Positions 18,908 through 28,809 of a DNA stretch of 64,000 nucleotides are shown here, piece by piece. The number at the start of each line of letters is the position of its first letter. The first letter of the stretch is position 1. This DNA is from Parcubacteria group bacterium (GTDB lineage: Bacteria; Patescibacteriota; Minisyncoccia; SW-4-49-11), in contig CALRBF010000001.1 of NCBI GenBank assembly GCA_943354045.1, forward strand, positions 136,026 to 200,025, given 5' to 3'. Position numbers and translations under genes: made by a program. Below the pieces are notes generated by a model. That model worked only from the letters and a program-made list of their open reading frames with translations, was not told the DNA's origin and made no database searches.

Positions 18908-20620
18908 TTATTTAGTGATATTAGTCAGAGTTGTATTGGATAATCGCGTCGGCCAGTAGGTTAATCGGGAGATTATACCATTAAGAGCATATGGTGGAGC
19001 TCCTCCAGTACCACTTCCAATATCTAATCTATCATGTGTAGCCATACCTGTGGCAGCTGTATTAGTTGTTATAGTTCCTATATTTCCATTAATACCTACA
19101 ATTAAATCTGAGCTATTAATTGCATATACAGATTTATATATGTTATTGCCTACTAAATAATTAAATGTCATCCCTGGAAATAATAATATTGGATTAGGAT
19201 TACGTGCAACACCCAAAAAAGATGTCGCATTTATAGCTCCTCTTAAAGCATAATTATTTTGATTTATAGCGGTATTATATACTTGGAATATATGTGGGGT
19301 ATTACTTGGAATTGCAGCAGTAGCAGTATAAATAGGAGAAAATTGACTAAACCAGGTTCCTGCTGCCTGATTATACCAACCTCCTCCTGAAGTTGTGGTA
19401 AAGTTTGTCCCCGTGATGCTCGCCACATCCGCGCTGCGGGTTACGGCGGCGGTGGTGGTAGGAATATATGAAGTTGGGAAAGCTCCTTGTTCTAGTTGAG
19501 CTCCCCAAATATAAACTTGAGAACCATTATAATTAGTACCATCATAATTACCTATACGAAATTGTGGTCTAAATGTAGTTTGTCCTGTAGGGATGGTATA
19601 AGTTGCAGAGACTCTATACCAATTATTACTATATGGTGTTATGGATGAAGCTGTAATATTAGTTCCTGTATTAATTGTACCTGATACTAAATTAATACTC
19701 ATAGAATAATTTAATCCCCAACCCTCTTGTACAATAGTGGCATTTTGCTGATTAATATATTTAACAAAAACTGAATATGTATATACTTGCCCTGTAGAAG
19801 CAGCTATCGTTTTTGCAACATTTGGATATAGCCCCGAAGCAGACATTAAAGTTCCTGTATTTGTACCATCCGGAGCTAAAGATTGGTTGGCAGTAGCAGA
19901 CATTGAGCCAGATTTTTCCCAATATACATTACTAATATCTGTACTATACAGCCATAAATTAGTTCTCTGCTCCTCAATCAATAGTCCTTGACTTGATTTT
20001 GTAATAGGATCATGAGTAAATCTTGGTGCATTTACTGTTGCGGTCTTAATAAGTCTATCTGAGTCTACATATGTTGCCGTAGGTGTACTTTCTACAATAT
20101 TACCTGGATTAGTTACTCTTGCAAAATTTATGGGATTAGTCCCATCAACTGCATTTACTAATTGTTTATCTCGGGCAAAGTTTAAATCTAATTTTGGAGC
20201 TGTAGTCCCAGCTGTTGCCCATATAGTACTACTATCATAGGCTGGTATAATCCCTGTCGCTGTTTTGGTTATAGTATATTGCCCCGTTTGAGGCAGAGGA
20301 ATAGCTGCTATATAAGGCGCTAAGTCAGTAGTCAAATCTATACCCCCTGTACAAGGGCTCGTCACACATAATCCTACCGTCCCTCCTGTTATCACAGATT
20401 GTAAGGCTGGTGGATATTTACCCCGATTATTGACTACATACTGTTCTATTGCCTTTGCAATAGCATCCATATCAGCTTTTCTTTTAACAGCTCTCCCGGC
20501 CTCTAATTGCTTATTAGGGTTAAGTACTACTAAACCTATTGCTGAAAATACACCAATAGCTGTGATTACTAATAATATTTCTATTAGGGTGAATCCTTTT
20601 TTCTTTTTATATATTATCAT
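18908..20620 (-). CDS. Giant type IV pilin-like protein, paralog 2
   Basis: Prepilin leader/helix MIIYKKKKG|FTLIEILLVITAIGVFSAIGLVVL. 570 aa. Conserved blocks shared with 13193..14839: LDLNFARDKQL.NAV.GTNPI.F, TPTATYVDSD.LIKTA.VNAPRF.H.P.T......GLL.EEQRTNL, IWGAQLEQGAF.TSYIPTTTA, R.TYWPTRLSNT.L. The blocks are separated by divergent segments. Confidence 0.75.
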   Translation of the reverse strand: MIIYKKKKGFTLIEILLVITAIGVFSAIGLVVLNPNKQLEAGRAVKRKADMDAIAKAIEQYVVNNRGKYPPALQSVITGGTVGLCVTSPCTGGIDLTTDLAPYIAAIPLPQTGQYTITKTATGIIPAYDSSTIWATAGTTAPKLDLNFARDKQLVNAVDGTNPINFARVTNPGNIVESTPTATYVDSDRLIKTATVNAPRFTHDPITKSSQGLLIEEQRTNLWLYSTDISNVYWEKSGSMSATANQSLAPDGTNTGTLMSASGLYPNVAKTIAASTGQVYTYSVFVKYINQQNATIVQEGWGLNYSMSINLVSGTINTGTNITASSITPYSNNWYRVSATYTIPTGQTTFRPQFRIGNYDGTNYNGSQVYIWGAQLEQGAFPTSYIPTTTAAVTRSADVASITGTNFTTTSGGGWYNQAAGTWFSQFSPIYTATAAIPSNTPHIFQVYNTAINQNNYALRGAINATSFLGVARNPNPILLFPGMTFNYLVGNNIYKSVYAINSSDLIVGINGNIGTITTNTAATGMATHDRLDIGSGTGGAPPYALNGIISRLTYWPTRLSNTTLTNITK

Positions 20621-20647
20621 ATGTATATTATATTGGAACTTATAACT

Positions 20648-20664
20648 ATTCTATCATATAGAAT
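20648..20664. promoter_or_regulatory. 7-3-7 palindrome ATTCTAT-CAT-ATAGAAT (candidate metalloregulator/Fur-family-type operator)
   Basis: A perfect inverted repeat in the divergent intergenic region between the pilin paralog 2 start and znuA. Confidence 0.3.
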
Positions 20665-20679
20665 CTTTAAAGCAATATC

Positions 20680-20708
20680 CACTATTTGCAAATTATTTGC
20701 AAATAGTG
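20680..20708. promoter_or_regulatory. 29-bp perfect palindrome CACTATTTGCAAAT-T-ATTTGCAAATAGTG about 32 bp upstream of znuA
   Basis: A 14-1-14 perfect inverted repeat that also contains an ATTTGCAAAT sub-palindrome twice. The position suits an operator for the znuABC promoter, and possibly the divergent pilin promoter. Confidence 0.45.
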
Positions 20709-20739
20709 TACACTTCTTCTATATCTAATATAATATTAT

Positions 20740-21720
20740 ATGAAATCATCTCGATTTATTTTACTTATTATCCTACTATTATTGGGAGCAGTAGCAATAT
20801 TTGCACTCAATAGACCTAAGGATGTAGCCAAAGATACTGTACAAATTCAATCACAAACACAAAAACCTATTATTGTAGCTACTTTATTTCCCTTCTATGA
20901 TATCACAAAAACATTAGTAGGAGATCAGGCTGATATTTCTCTTCTCCTACCCCCCGGTATAGAGCCACATTCTTTTGAACCGACTCCACAGGATATTATA
21001 CAAATTCAAGAAGCAGATATATTTATCTATACTGGTGATATTATGGAGCCTTGGGTAAAAGATATTATTGCTAATTTACCTAAAACTGTTACTATTATTG
21101 ATGCAAGCAAAGGAATAAATTTAATTGAAAGCTCAGAAGACCATGATCATGGGCATGGTCACGATGATAAGAACAGTAAAGAAAAACTTGCTCTTGATCC
21201 TCATTTTTGGTTAGACTTTAATAATATTATTATAGCAACTAATACGATTTCAGACTCTTTAGCTCAGCTCAATGTACTTGATTCTAACTCATTAACTCAA
21301 AATAAAACCACCTTGATCAAAGATTTAACTCAATTAGATACAGATTATGCCAATACTCTTGGTAATTGTCGCAACAAAACCATAATACAAGCTGGTCATA
21401 GAACATTTGGCTATTTAGCACGTAAATATAATCTTGAATATATTACTACAGAAGAATTAAGTCCTAATAGCGATACTTCAGCTCAAGATATATCAAAGCT
21501 AATTGATGAAATTAAGGAAGAAAAAGCTAAAGCCGTATTTAGCGAAGAATTAATTGAACCTCGTATAGCAAAAACCGTATCGGATGAGACAGGAGTACCC
21601 ATATTATTACTCAATGGGGCTCATAATATCACATCTGACCAATTCAAATCCGGAATATCTTTTATTACTATTATGCGAGAGAATTTAGAGAATATTACTA
21701 TTGGGCTTGATTGTAAATAG
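20740..21720 (+). CDS. znuA: Zinc ABC transporter substrate-binding protein (ZnuA/TroA family)
   Basis: Signal peptide, His-rich loop SEDHDHGHGHDD, and a DPHFWLD motif typical of cluster A-I metal-binding proteins. Confidence 0.8.
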   Translation: MKSSRFILLIILLLLGAVAIFALNRPKDVAKDTVQIQSQTQKPIIVATLFPFYDITKTLVGDQADISLLLPPGIEPHSFEPTPQDIIQIQEADIFIYTGDIMEPWVKDIIANLPKTVTIIDASKGINLIESSEDHDHGHGHDDKNSKEKLALDPHFWLDFNNIIIATNTISDSLAQLNVLDSNSLTQNKTTLIKDLTQLDTDYANTLGNCRNKTIIQAGHRTFGYLARKYNLEYITTEELSPNSDTSAQDISKLIDEIKEEKAKAVFSEELIEPRIAKTVSDETGVPILLLNGAHNITSDQFKSGISFITIMRENLENITIGLDCK

Positions 21721-21737
21721 GTGTTATACTTATTCCT

Positions 21738-22487
21738 ATGAATAATACTCTTATATCCCTTGATAAGGTAGCGGTATCATTTGGGGCAAGTCAAGTTTTA
21801 CAAAATATTAGTCTTGATATCAAACAAGGTGATTTTATAGGTATTACCGGTCCCAATGGAGCGGGGAAATCCACTCTGATTCGAACACTATTAAATCTCA
21901 ATCCCTATACGGGTTCTATTAAACTTTGGGATACTCCCCTCTCTGATTTTCATCATTGGAATTATATCGGATATGTTCCCCAATCTTTAACACAATATTC
22001 TCGTCAATTTCCCGCAACAGTAGAGGAGATTGTGTCTCTAGGACTTATCTCTACTCTATCTTGGCCTCGTATACTTAATCAAGAGAATATAAATCATATC
22101 TATGATACGCTCAAATCTCTTAATATACAGGATTTGGCAAAAACCTCTATTCATGATTTGTCAGGGGGACAAAGACAAAGAGTATGGTTGGCAAAAGCTC
22201 TCGTATCAAAACCAAAAGTATTAATTCTTGATGAACCAACTAATGCTCTTGACCCTGAAATTAGAAATACCTTTTATGAACAAATTAGTAAACTTCATAA
22301 ACAAGGTTTAACTATTCTCCTCATAACCCATGACACCAATGATATTGGAAATTATGCTGAAAAGATTCTGCTTATCGATACCAATATTATATTTTGGGGA
22401 GATTTTAATGAATTTTGTAAATCTGATTCAATGAGTCATTATTTTGGGGAGGGTTCAAAACATATTATTTGCCATCAACATGAATAA
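21738..22487 (+). CDS. znuC: Zinc ABC transporter ATP-binding protein
   Basis: Walker A GPNGAGKST, ABC signature LSGGQRQR, Walker B ILDEP. Confidence 0.8.
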   Translation: MNNTLISLDKVAVSFGASQVLQNISLDIKQGDFIGITGPNGAGKSTLIRTLLNLNPYTGSIKLWDTPLSDFHHWNYIGYVPQSLTQYSRQFPATVEEIVSLGLISTLSWPRILNQENINHIYDTLKSLNIQDLAKTSIHDLSGGQRQRVWLAKALVSKPKVLILDEPTNALDPEIRNTFYEQISKLHKQGLTILLITHDTNDIGNYAEKILLIDTNIIFWGDFNEFCKSDSMSHYFGEGSKHIICHQHE

Positions 22488-23295
22488 TCTTATTACCATA
22501 TTACAATATCAATTCGTAGAAAGAGCCATAATTGCTGGGTTTTTCCTCGGACTTGTATGTGCGGTTCTGGGGGTTTTTCTCGTACTTCGTAAAATGTCTC
22601 TTATTGGGGATGGACTTGCTCATATTAGTTTTGGAGCTATTGCTATTGGGATTGCCTTTGGTATATATCCATTGTTTGTAGCTATACCACTTGTAATTAT
22701 TGCCTCTCTGATTATTTATACCCTTACTCGCAATAATATTATTGAGGGTGACGCCATTATTGGCATACTAGCATCTTTTGGGCTTGCTATTGGAGTTATT
22801 ATATCGAGTATTACTACAGGGTTTAATATTGATATTTTTAGTTATCTTTTTGGGAATATTTTAGCAATTAATCAACAGGAATTGATATTTGCTATTATTG
22901 GGTCAATTACTATTTTATCCATTATCATACTTTTTTATCAAGAATTTGTAGCTATTTCATTTAATGCCGAACAAGCTAAAATTAGTGGATTACCTGTATC
23001 AAGATTAGATATTATATTTTCTATTATTACTGCTCTTACTGTTATTATGAGTATCAAATTAGCTGGAGCATTGTTGGTATCTGCTCTTCTCATTCTTCCT
23101 GCAAGTTCTAGTTTACAAGTTTCAAAAAGTTTTCAGCAAACTATTATTTTTGCCATTATGATTGCTCTTATTAGTATAATATTTGGCATTATTATTTCTT
23201 TTATAGGAAATATTCCAACTGGAGCTACTATTGTAACTATTAATATCATACTATTTTTTACCATTATTCTCTTTAAATATCTTATAAAAAGATAA
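22480..23295 (+). CDS. znuB: Zinc ABC transporter permease
   Basis: Polytopic membrane protein in the ZnuB/TroCD family, downstream of znuAC. I placed the start at the internal ATG (MNNLITILQ), which overlaps the znuC stop in ATGAATAA. The track ORF begins earlier at 22444. Confidence 0.7.
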   Translation: MNNLITILQYQFVERAIIAGFFLGLVCAVLGVFLVLRKMSLIGDGLAHISFGAIAIGIAFGIYPLFVAIPLVIIASLIIYTLTRNNIIEGDAIIGILASFGLAIGVIISSITTGFNIDIFSYLFGNILAINQQELIFAIIGSITILSIIILFYQEFVAISFNAEQAKISGLPVSRLDIIFSIITALTVIMSIKLAGALLVSALLILPASSSLQVSKSFQQTIIFAIMIALISIIFGIIISFIGNIPTGATIVTINIILFFTIILFKYLIKR

Positions 23296-23303
23296 TAATT
23301 CTC

Positions 23304-24449
23304 TTATCCAATTGGTATATGTAAGGTGAATATTGTCCCCTTACCTTCCTCAGATTCAACTCGAATAGTTCCATTATGTAATTCTATAATTGCTTTTGTG
23401 AGAGTTAATCCAAGTCCCCGCCCCCCTGTATGCCGAGATCTTGAGGCATCTACTCGATAAAATTTATCAAAAATACGATGTATGACATTTTCTGGAATTC
23501 CAATACCAGTATCTTGTACATACATAGTAAAAAATTTTTTATGCAATTGAGTATCAATAATAATGGAGGTTTTTTCATTAGAATATTGAATAGCATTTTC
23601 AACAATGTTTTCTACTGCTTGAGTAATCAAAATAGGTACTAAATTAATAGTTGTATCAAGTTTTTTACCTGTTATCGCAATAGTAATATCTTTGAGATTA
23701 GCTTTTGCATGCACATTATGGATAACTGTATCTAAAATTGATTGAATACTTGTTGACTCGAATTGCAAATGTTCTTTTGATAAAGTTAATAGAGATAAGT
23801 CATTAATCAAATCATTTAGATAATGGATTTTAGCCTGTACTTCTTGTAATAGTATTGTGTTATCTTTTTTTAATCCTGTATCAGAAAGAATTAAATCCGT
23901 TTTTGCCATCATAACTGATAAGGGGGTTTTCAGTTCATGAGAAGCAAATTCAATAAATTCCTTTTGTGAACGAAAGCTTTTGCCTAATCGTAAAAGCATT
24001 TCATTAATTGATGAGATAAGCTCTTGTAATTCTTCATCTAAATGAGGATATGTTATTTTTTCAATTGACTCAGCCTGAATTGCTTTAATTTGTTTATTAA
24101 TATCTTTGATAGGACTCAATACTTGAGCTGATATAGCATTACCCCCAGCAAAAGATAACCCTACGAGAATTGCAAATATAAAAAATGAACTGCGACGAAT
24201 AGTAGATAAATCTTGTTCCCGAATTTCTCGAATAACTTCAATAAATTTATCTTGAGGAAAATTCCCATTTTCAATACCAACAAAAAAATTACTATATTGA
24301 GATAGTCCATCTAAACCTAATTCTGTTTGTTGATAATAACGAACAGCCAATATATTCAGAGTGATTAAAACAATAAGACTAAGTAAAACAAATAACCCTG
24401 TATAATACATGGTTAGTCGAAATTGTAATGTATGAATATATTTAAACAT
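23304..24449 (-). CDS. Two-component sensor histidine kinase
   Basis: Two N-terminal TM segments, HisKA H-box (ASHELKTPL), HATPase_c N/G boxes (QYSNEKT, DTGIGIP, GGRGLGL). Confidence 0.8.
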   Translation of the reverse strand: MFKYIHTLQFRLTMYYTGLFVLLSLIVLITLNILAVRYYQQTELGLDGLSQYSNFFVGIENGNFPQDKFIEVIREIREQDLSTIRRSSFFIFAILVGLSFAGGNAISAQVLSPIKDINKQIKAIQAESIEKITYPHLDEELQELISSINEMLLRLGKSFRSQKEFIEFASHELKTPLSVMMAKTDLILSDTGLKKDNTILLQEVQAKIHYLNDLINDLSLLTLSKEHLQFESTSIQSILDTVIHNVHAKANLKDITIAITGKKLDTTINLVPILITQAVENIVENAIQYSNEKTSIIIDTQLHKKFFTMYVQDTGIGIPENVIHRIFDKFYRVDASRSRHTGGRGLGLTLTKAIIELHNGTIRVESEEGKGTIFTLHIPIG

Positions 24450-24463
24450 ATTGTGAATTATAA

Positions 24464-24490
24464 CATAGAAAAGAGAGAAGGTTTAAACTT
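24464..24490. terminator. Hairpin terminator-like element 15-40 nt upstream of the histidine kinase start codon
   Basis: AGAGAAG-gtttaaa-CTTCTCT flanked by an A-run and a T-run (symmetrical). It lies inside the 450-bp RR-HK spacer. Confidence 0.4.
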
Positions 24491-24622
24491 CTCTTTTTTC
24501 TATTTACTAAAAAGGTTGTCTCCACTAAGGAGATAAAATATCTGTTATCAGATAGTAAATTATGATTTAATTGTTATCGTGTAAATAAGGTGCAAAGTCT
24601 TTTACTTGTATTGGTATGAGGA

Positions 24623-24775
24623 TTACCCCCCTCTATACCTGTTTGCCTTTAAATACTCTTTCCGCACCATCTTTTTTGATCATAGTATGTGAACCTATAC
24701 TTGATCTGTGATTAGTGAGCTTAAGACGAGACAGAGATTCGAGCACTCGAACTTTTTGCTGAACAAATTGCTTCT
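24623..24775 (-). CDS. Candidate 50-aa basic small protein (hypothetical)
   Basis: A minus-strand ORF, MRYQKQFVQQKVRVLESLSRLKLTNHRSSIGSHTMIKKDGAERVFKGKQV, with AAGGA 7 nt upstream of the ATG. It is below the 60-aa cutoff of the track, and no family was recognised. Confidence 0.2.
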
Positions 24776-24899
24776 GGTATCTCATATTAGTATCCTTAGT
24801 TAATATTGAATCATCTTGTGATTCTGTTTATACTATATACCTATAGGAGTGAAGTCAATGTGAAGAAAAATATAGTTCTATAACGTTATATATAAAATC

Positions 24900-25559
24900 C
24901 TATAATACTCCATAACCCTTTCCTTTTACTGTCTTGATCAATATTTTATTGGGGTCAATTTTACGTCTTAAGGTTTTGATATGGGTTTTTACCGTATCCG
25001 AGAATATATCTACAGAATCATCCCATACATGCTCTAATAATTCCTCTGCAGATATAATTCTATTCTGATTACGAACTAAATATTCTAATAATCTCATTTC
25101 TTTAGTTGAGAGTTCAATAGTCTTATTATCCCCTATTACTCGATTTTGATGAGGAATAATCTCATATTGAGCAAGAGTTAATTGTGTGTGTTTATTGTCG
25201 GAAAATCTTCTTATAACAGCTTCTATTCGAGCAGATACTTCAGCCAAATGAAAAGGTTTAGTAATATAATCATCAGCTCCATGTTTAAAGCCATCTAATT
25301 TGTCATATATTTGTGACCGAGCTGTAAGCATAATGGTAGGAACCATATTACCAAGCTCTCGAATATTATGAATAATTTCCATACCATCTTTACCTGGTAA
25401 ATTTAAATCAAGAAGACAACAATCATATTGATTGAGCTTAAGGGACGAAAATCCAGCATTTCCATCATAGCATATATCAACAGCATACCCTTGTTTTTCC
25501 AAATAAATTTTAAGAGTATCAGCTATTTCAGATTCATCTTCTATGATGAGTATATGCAT
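24900..25559 (-). CDS. OmpR-family response regulator
   Basis: A receiver domain (D at LLDLNLPGKDG, K in KP) plus a C-terminal winged-helix trans_reg_C domain. Confidence 0.85.
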   Translation of the reverse strand: MHILIIEDESEIADTLKIYLEKQGYAVDICYDGNAGFSSLKLNQYDCCLLDLNLPGKDGMEIIHNIRELGNMVPTIMLTARSQIYDKLDGFKHGADDYITKPFHLAEVSARIEAVIRRFSDNKHTQLTLAQYEIIPHQNRVIGDNKTIELSTKEMRLLEYLVRNQNRIISAEELLEHVWDDSVDIFSDTVKTHIKTLRRKIDPNKILIKTVKGKGYGVL

Positions 25560-25562
25560 ATA

Positions 25563-25967
25563 TTATTCATCAAATTGATCTAATACCTCATCTAATTCTT
25601 CTTGTTCTATTTCACTCAACTCATCTTCTTGTTTTTCTTGTACTTCTCCTGGATTATGTTCTGGGGGAGCATAAATAGTATATAATTTCAAATCCCCTTC
25701 TGAATTATTAATAATATTATGCTGTACTCCTGCTGGAGTAAAAATCAAATCCCCTACTTCAATCTCATCATCATCCTCTCCTGGGACCTCCAGTTTACCT
25801 GTACCATCCACAACTACCGTGATTTGGTCAACTTCACCATATACCTCTTCTCCAATATCTTCTCCCGGAGCTAAGCTCATCAATACTAATTGACTATCCG
25901 CCCCAGTTGCAATAACTTTACGATAATCAGTATTTTCTTGAGTTTGAGTGATAATATCTATTTTCAT
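25563..25967 (-). CDS. Cupin domain protein with acidic C-terminal tail
   Basis: Cupin motifs G(X)5HXH-like (GEDIGEEVYGEVDQ ... PAGVQHNI). The last ~30 aa are very Glu/Asp-rich. Confidence 0.55.
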   Translation of the reverse strand: MKIDIITQTQENTDYRKVIATGADSQLVLMSLAPGEDIGEEVYGEVDQITVVVDGTGKLEVPGEDDDEIEVGDLIFTPAGVQHNIINNSEGDLKLYTIYAPPEHNPGEVQEKQEDELSEIEQEELDEVLDQFDE

Positions 25968-26024
25968 ACATTACTCTATTAATATAATAATAGCATAGCA
26001 TAGTATCACAGAAGACTCAATCTA

Positions 26025-26771
26025 TTATCCCAATAAAATAGGGATTTGCTCCCTATCAAGAGAAGCTCCCCCTATCAAAAAACCAGATACGGAAGGTATA
26101 CTTGATAACTCTTGTATATTATCTTTATTAACACTACCCCCATATACTACGGCTACCGTAGTCTGAGATTCAGGTGTTAGTATATCTAAAATCATACGCT
26201 TGATAAAAATACTCATTGTCTCAATACTTTCCAAACTTGGTATTTTACCCGTACCAATAGCCCAAATTGGCTCATAGGCAACAATAATATGCTTTCCTGA
26301 TAATAATTCTTTATTAGGTGTGATAATATCATATAATTCTCGCTTAATAGAATCCGTATTCACCTCATCAGAATTAGGATTCTCCTCATATCCTACACAA
26401 AGGATAGGAATTAGATTATGCATAAGAGCCTGATTAAGTTTCTGTGATATATCCTGAGATGTATACTGTTGATATTTATGCGTTTCCGAATGTCCAATGA
26501 GTGCATATTGAAGTCCTAAATTATATATCATTTCTGCTGAAAGCTGACCTGTATAAGCTCCTGAGGCCTGGGAGGAAATATCCTGCACTCCAAGAGAAGC
26601 AAATAATTGAGATTGTTGTTCTTGTAAATGAGATATATAAATACTTGGGGGGAGTATAATAAGCTCAGCTCTTCCTACTGAATTGGTGTTCCCTGCAATA
26701 ATATCAATAATTTTATCAACTTCCTCGACAGAGCCTGGATTCATTTTCCAATTACAAATAATTGTTTTCAT
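26025..26771 (-). CDS. tpiA: Triosephosphate isomerase
   Basis: N-terminal CNWKMN and the active-site region AYEPIWAIGTG. Confidence 0.85.
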   Translation of the reverse strand: MKTIICNWKMNPGSVEEVDKIIDIIAGNTNSVGRAELIILPPSIYISHLQEQQSQLFASLGVQDISSQASGAYTGQLSAEMIYNLGLQYALIGHSETHKYQQYTSQDISQKLNQALMHNLIPILCVGYEENPNSDEVNTDSIKRELYDIITPNKELLSGKHIIVAYEPIWAIGTGKIPSLESIETMSIFIKRMILDILTPESQTTVAVVYGGSVNKDNIQELSSIPSVSGFLIGGASLDREQIPILLG

Positions 26772-27670
26772 AATATTGACTTATATACTGCTATTAATAA
26801 TAGTATACCAAGAATAATACGATAGGCAACAAAAATACGAAATGATTGCTTTTGTATAATACTATATAGAATATGAATAGTAATATAGGTAACAATTCCT
26901 GAAGTAATAAAGGCTATTATACTGGCGGTTGAATAACTATATTCTCTTATAAAATCTGGTAATGTAGCAAGGGTTGCAATAAATATGACAGGCGCCCCCA
27001 ATAAAAAAGCAAATGCAGCACTATCTTTACGATTAAGCCCCACAAATAATCCCCCCGTCATAGTAGAACCAGTACGGGAAAATCCTGGAATCAATGATAA
27101 AACTTGTGTACATCCAATAATCAAAACTTTGATTGGGGTAATAGTATGTAATGTTAATTCTCTTTTTCCTATTCTATCAGCGATTTCGAGGAGAATAGCA
27201 CCTACAATTAAGGCGATGGCTATTACCAATGGAGTTCTTGCATAATTCTCAATCCAATCCTTTGATATATATCCAATTGCAAGGGTTGGGAGAGTGGCTA
27301 AAGCTAAAAATACAGCTGTTCGAGCGGATTGTAGTGACTCAGTATAAAAAGATGTGTTAAGTGAATATTGGGTTTCCATTGATTTAAATCTTGGAGTATA
27401 TTGTTTGATTTTAGGTCTGGCTCTGAGCCAAACACTAAGCCGAATTTTGATAAAATTAAGTACTCCCACAATTAAATCAAGCCAAATATCCCCAAAATAA
27501 ATAATAATAGCAATCAAACTCCCAAAATTCATCATCACATCAAATGAAATTCCAATATCATTCAGCCCCAATAATTTTTGTGCTAATATCAAATGAGCGG
27601 TACTTGAGATAGGTAATACTTCAGTAATACCCTGTACTAATCCTAATATAAAACCCTGCAATATTGTCAT
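26768..27670 (-). CDS. uppP: Undecaprenyl-diphosphatase (BacA/UppP)
   Basis: A polytopic membrane protein with the conserved GFSRTGSTMTGGL motif. Confidence 0.8.
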   Translation of the reverse strand: MTILQGFILGLVQGITEVLPISSTAHLILAQKLLGLNDIGISFDVMMNFGSLIAIIIYFGDIWLDLIVGVLNFIKIRLSVWLRARPKIKQYTPRFKSMETQYSLNTSFYTESLQSARTAVFLALATLPTLAIGYISKDWIENYARTPLVIAIALIVGAILLEIADRIGKRELTLHTITPIKVLIIGCTQVLSLIPGFSRTGSTMTGGLFVGLNRKDSAAFAFLLGAPVIFIATLATLPDFIREYSYSTASIIAFITSGIVTYITIHILYSIIQKQSFRIFVAYRIILGILLLIAVYKSIL

Positions 27671-28125
27671 AATGTTTTAAGATAGATTTTCACTTCTTCC
27701 CATGTTTCAAATTTATGAGCATTAATTCCATTAGCTTCAAATAATTCTATAGTTTCTTTGGTATCATCCAGGAATACATCAATTTCCAAATCTTGAGCAA
27801 CTTTTAATTTACGCTCAGAAAATCCATTCTTAAGTCCAACACAATAAAGATGATCATATTCTATTTTAGCAACATTTTTCAACCATTGGGCTGTATAACG
27901 TCTAAATGAGGCCGGTCTAGCAGTAATCACAGAAATAGTATGTTTTCTTGAAATTTTTTGAGCAATTTCTATATTATCCTGCAAAGGCTGACTCAATGTC
28001 CAACGTTTAATTACTTGAGGAAAATAGGTTTGAAAAAAGGCAATAAGTCCCTGCACTCCAAAGCGAGACACATGAGTATAGTCCCGCTTAGTTAATACTC
28101 CATCAATATCATATCCTATATGCAT
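27667..28125 (-). CDS. HAD-superfamily phosphatase-like protein (5'(3')-deoxyribonucleotidase-like)
   Basis: HAD motif I DIDGVLT at the N-terminus. Small, 152 aa. Confidence 0.45.
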   Translation of the reverse strand: MHIGYDIDGVLTKRDYTHVSRFGVQGLIAFFQTYFPQVIKRWTLSQPLQDNIEIAQKISRKHTISVITARPASFRRYTAQWLKNVAKIEYDHLYCVGLKNGFSERKLKVAQDLEIDVFLDDTKETIELFEANGINAHKFETWEEVKIYLKTL

Positions 28126-28128
28126 ATG

Positions 28129-28809
28129 CTATATATTATTCAGTGCATTTTTTGCAGCATCCTGTTCTGCTTTTTGCTTTGAACTCCCCTTTCCTTTTCC
28201 ATATTCAATAGTATCAACATATACTGCTACTTCAAATATTTTATTATGATCTGGTCCCTGCTCTGTAATCACAATATATCGTGGAGTAATACCTTTTTGT
28301 TCTTGAATTTTTTCTTGAAATACACTTTTAGCATCAATAAATGATTTCTCTTCAATAATTTTCTCAATATCTGGAATAATAAAATTATCAATAAAATTCT
28401 GAGCTATTTCATAGCCTCCATCTAATCTCAATGCTGCGATTAAAGCCTCAATAGCATTGGCATTAATATAAGATTTTGCTCCTGGATCATTACGCTCACC
28501 ATTTGATATATTCAAATATCGATCTAATTCGAGGCGCTCTGCTATTTCAGCTAAATGAGCTCCTCTTACCAAAGCGGCTCTTAAATTTGTTAATTCCCCT
28601 TCATTTTTATCAGTATAATGGTGAAATAAATATGAAGTCACTATATCTTCTAGAATAGCATCTCCATAAAATTCTAATCTTTCATTATGACCTAATGTAA
28701 AACCTGGATTTTCATTAAGATAAGAACGATGAGTTAAAGCTTGCTCTAACACATCAATATTCTTAAATTTATACCCAATTTTATTTTGTAATGTATCAAA
28801 TTTACTCAT
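28129..28809 (-). CDS. rnc: Ribonuclease III
   Basis: RNase III signature [12 protein letters not shown], with a C-terminal dsRBD. Confidence 0.9.
   Translation of the reverse strand: MSKFDTLQNKIGYKFKNIDVLEQALTHRSYLNENPGFTLGHNERLEFYGDAILEDIVTSYLFHHYTDKNEGELTNLRAALVRGAHLAEIAERLELDRYLNISNGERNDPGAKSYINANAIEALIAALRLDGGYEIAQNFIDNFIIPDIEKIIEEKSFIDAKSVFQEKIQEQKGITPRYIVITEQGPDHNKIFEVAVYVDTIEYGKGKGSSKQKAEQDAAKNALNNI

Noticed and set aside
24623-24775. Attempt to assign the 50-aa ORF in the RR-HK spacer to a ribosomal protein family (L34, L35, L36, Sra)
   Set aside because: The sequence does not match the hallmark motifs of any of these. It is kept only as a low-confidence hypothetical.
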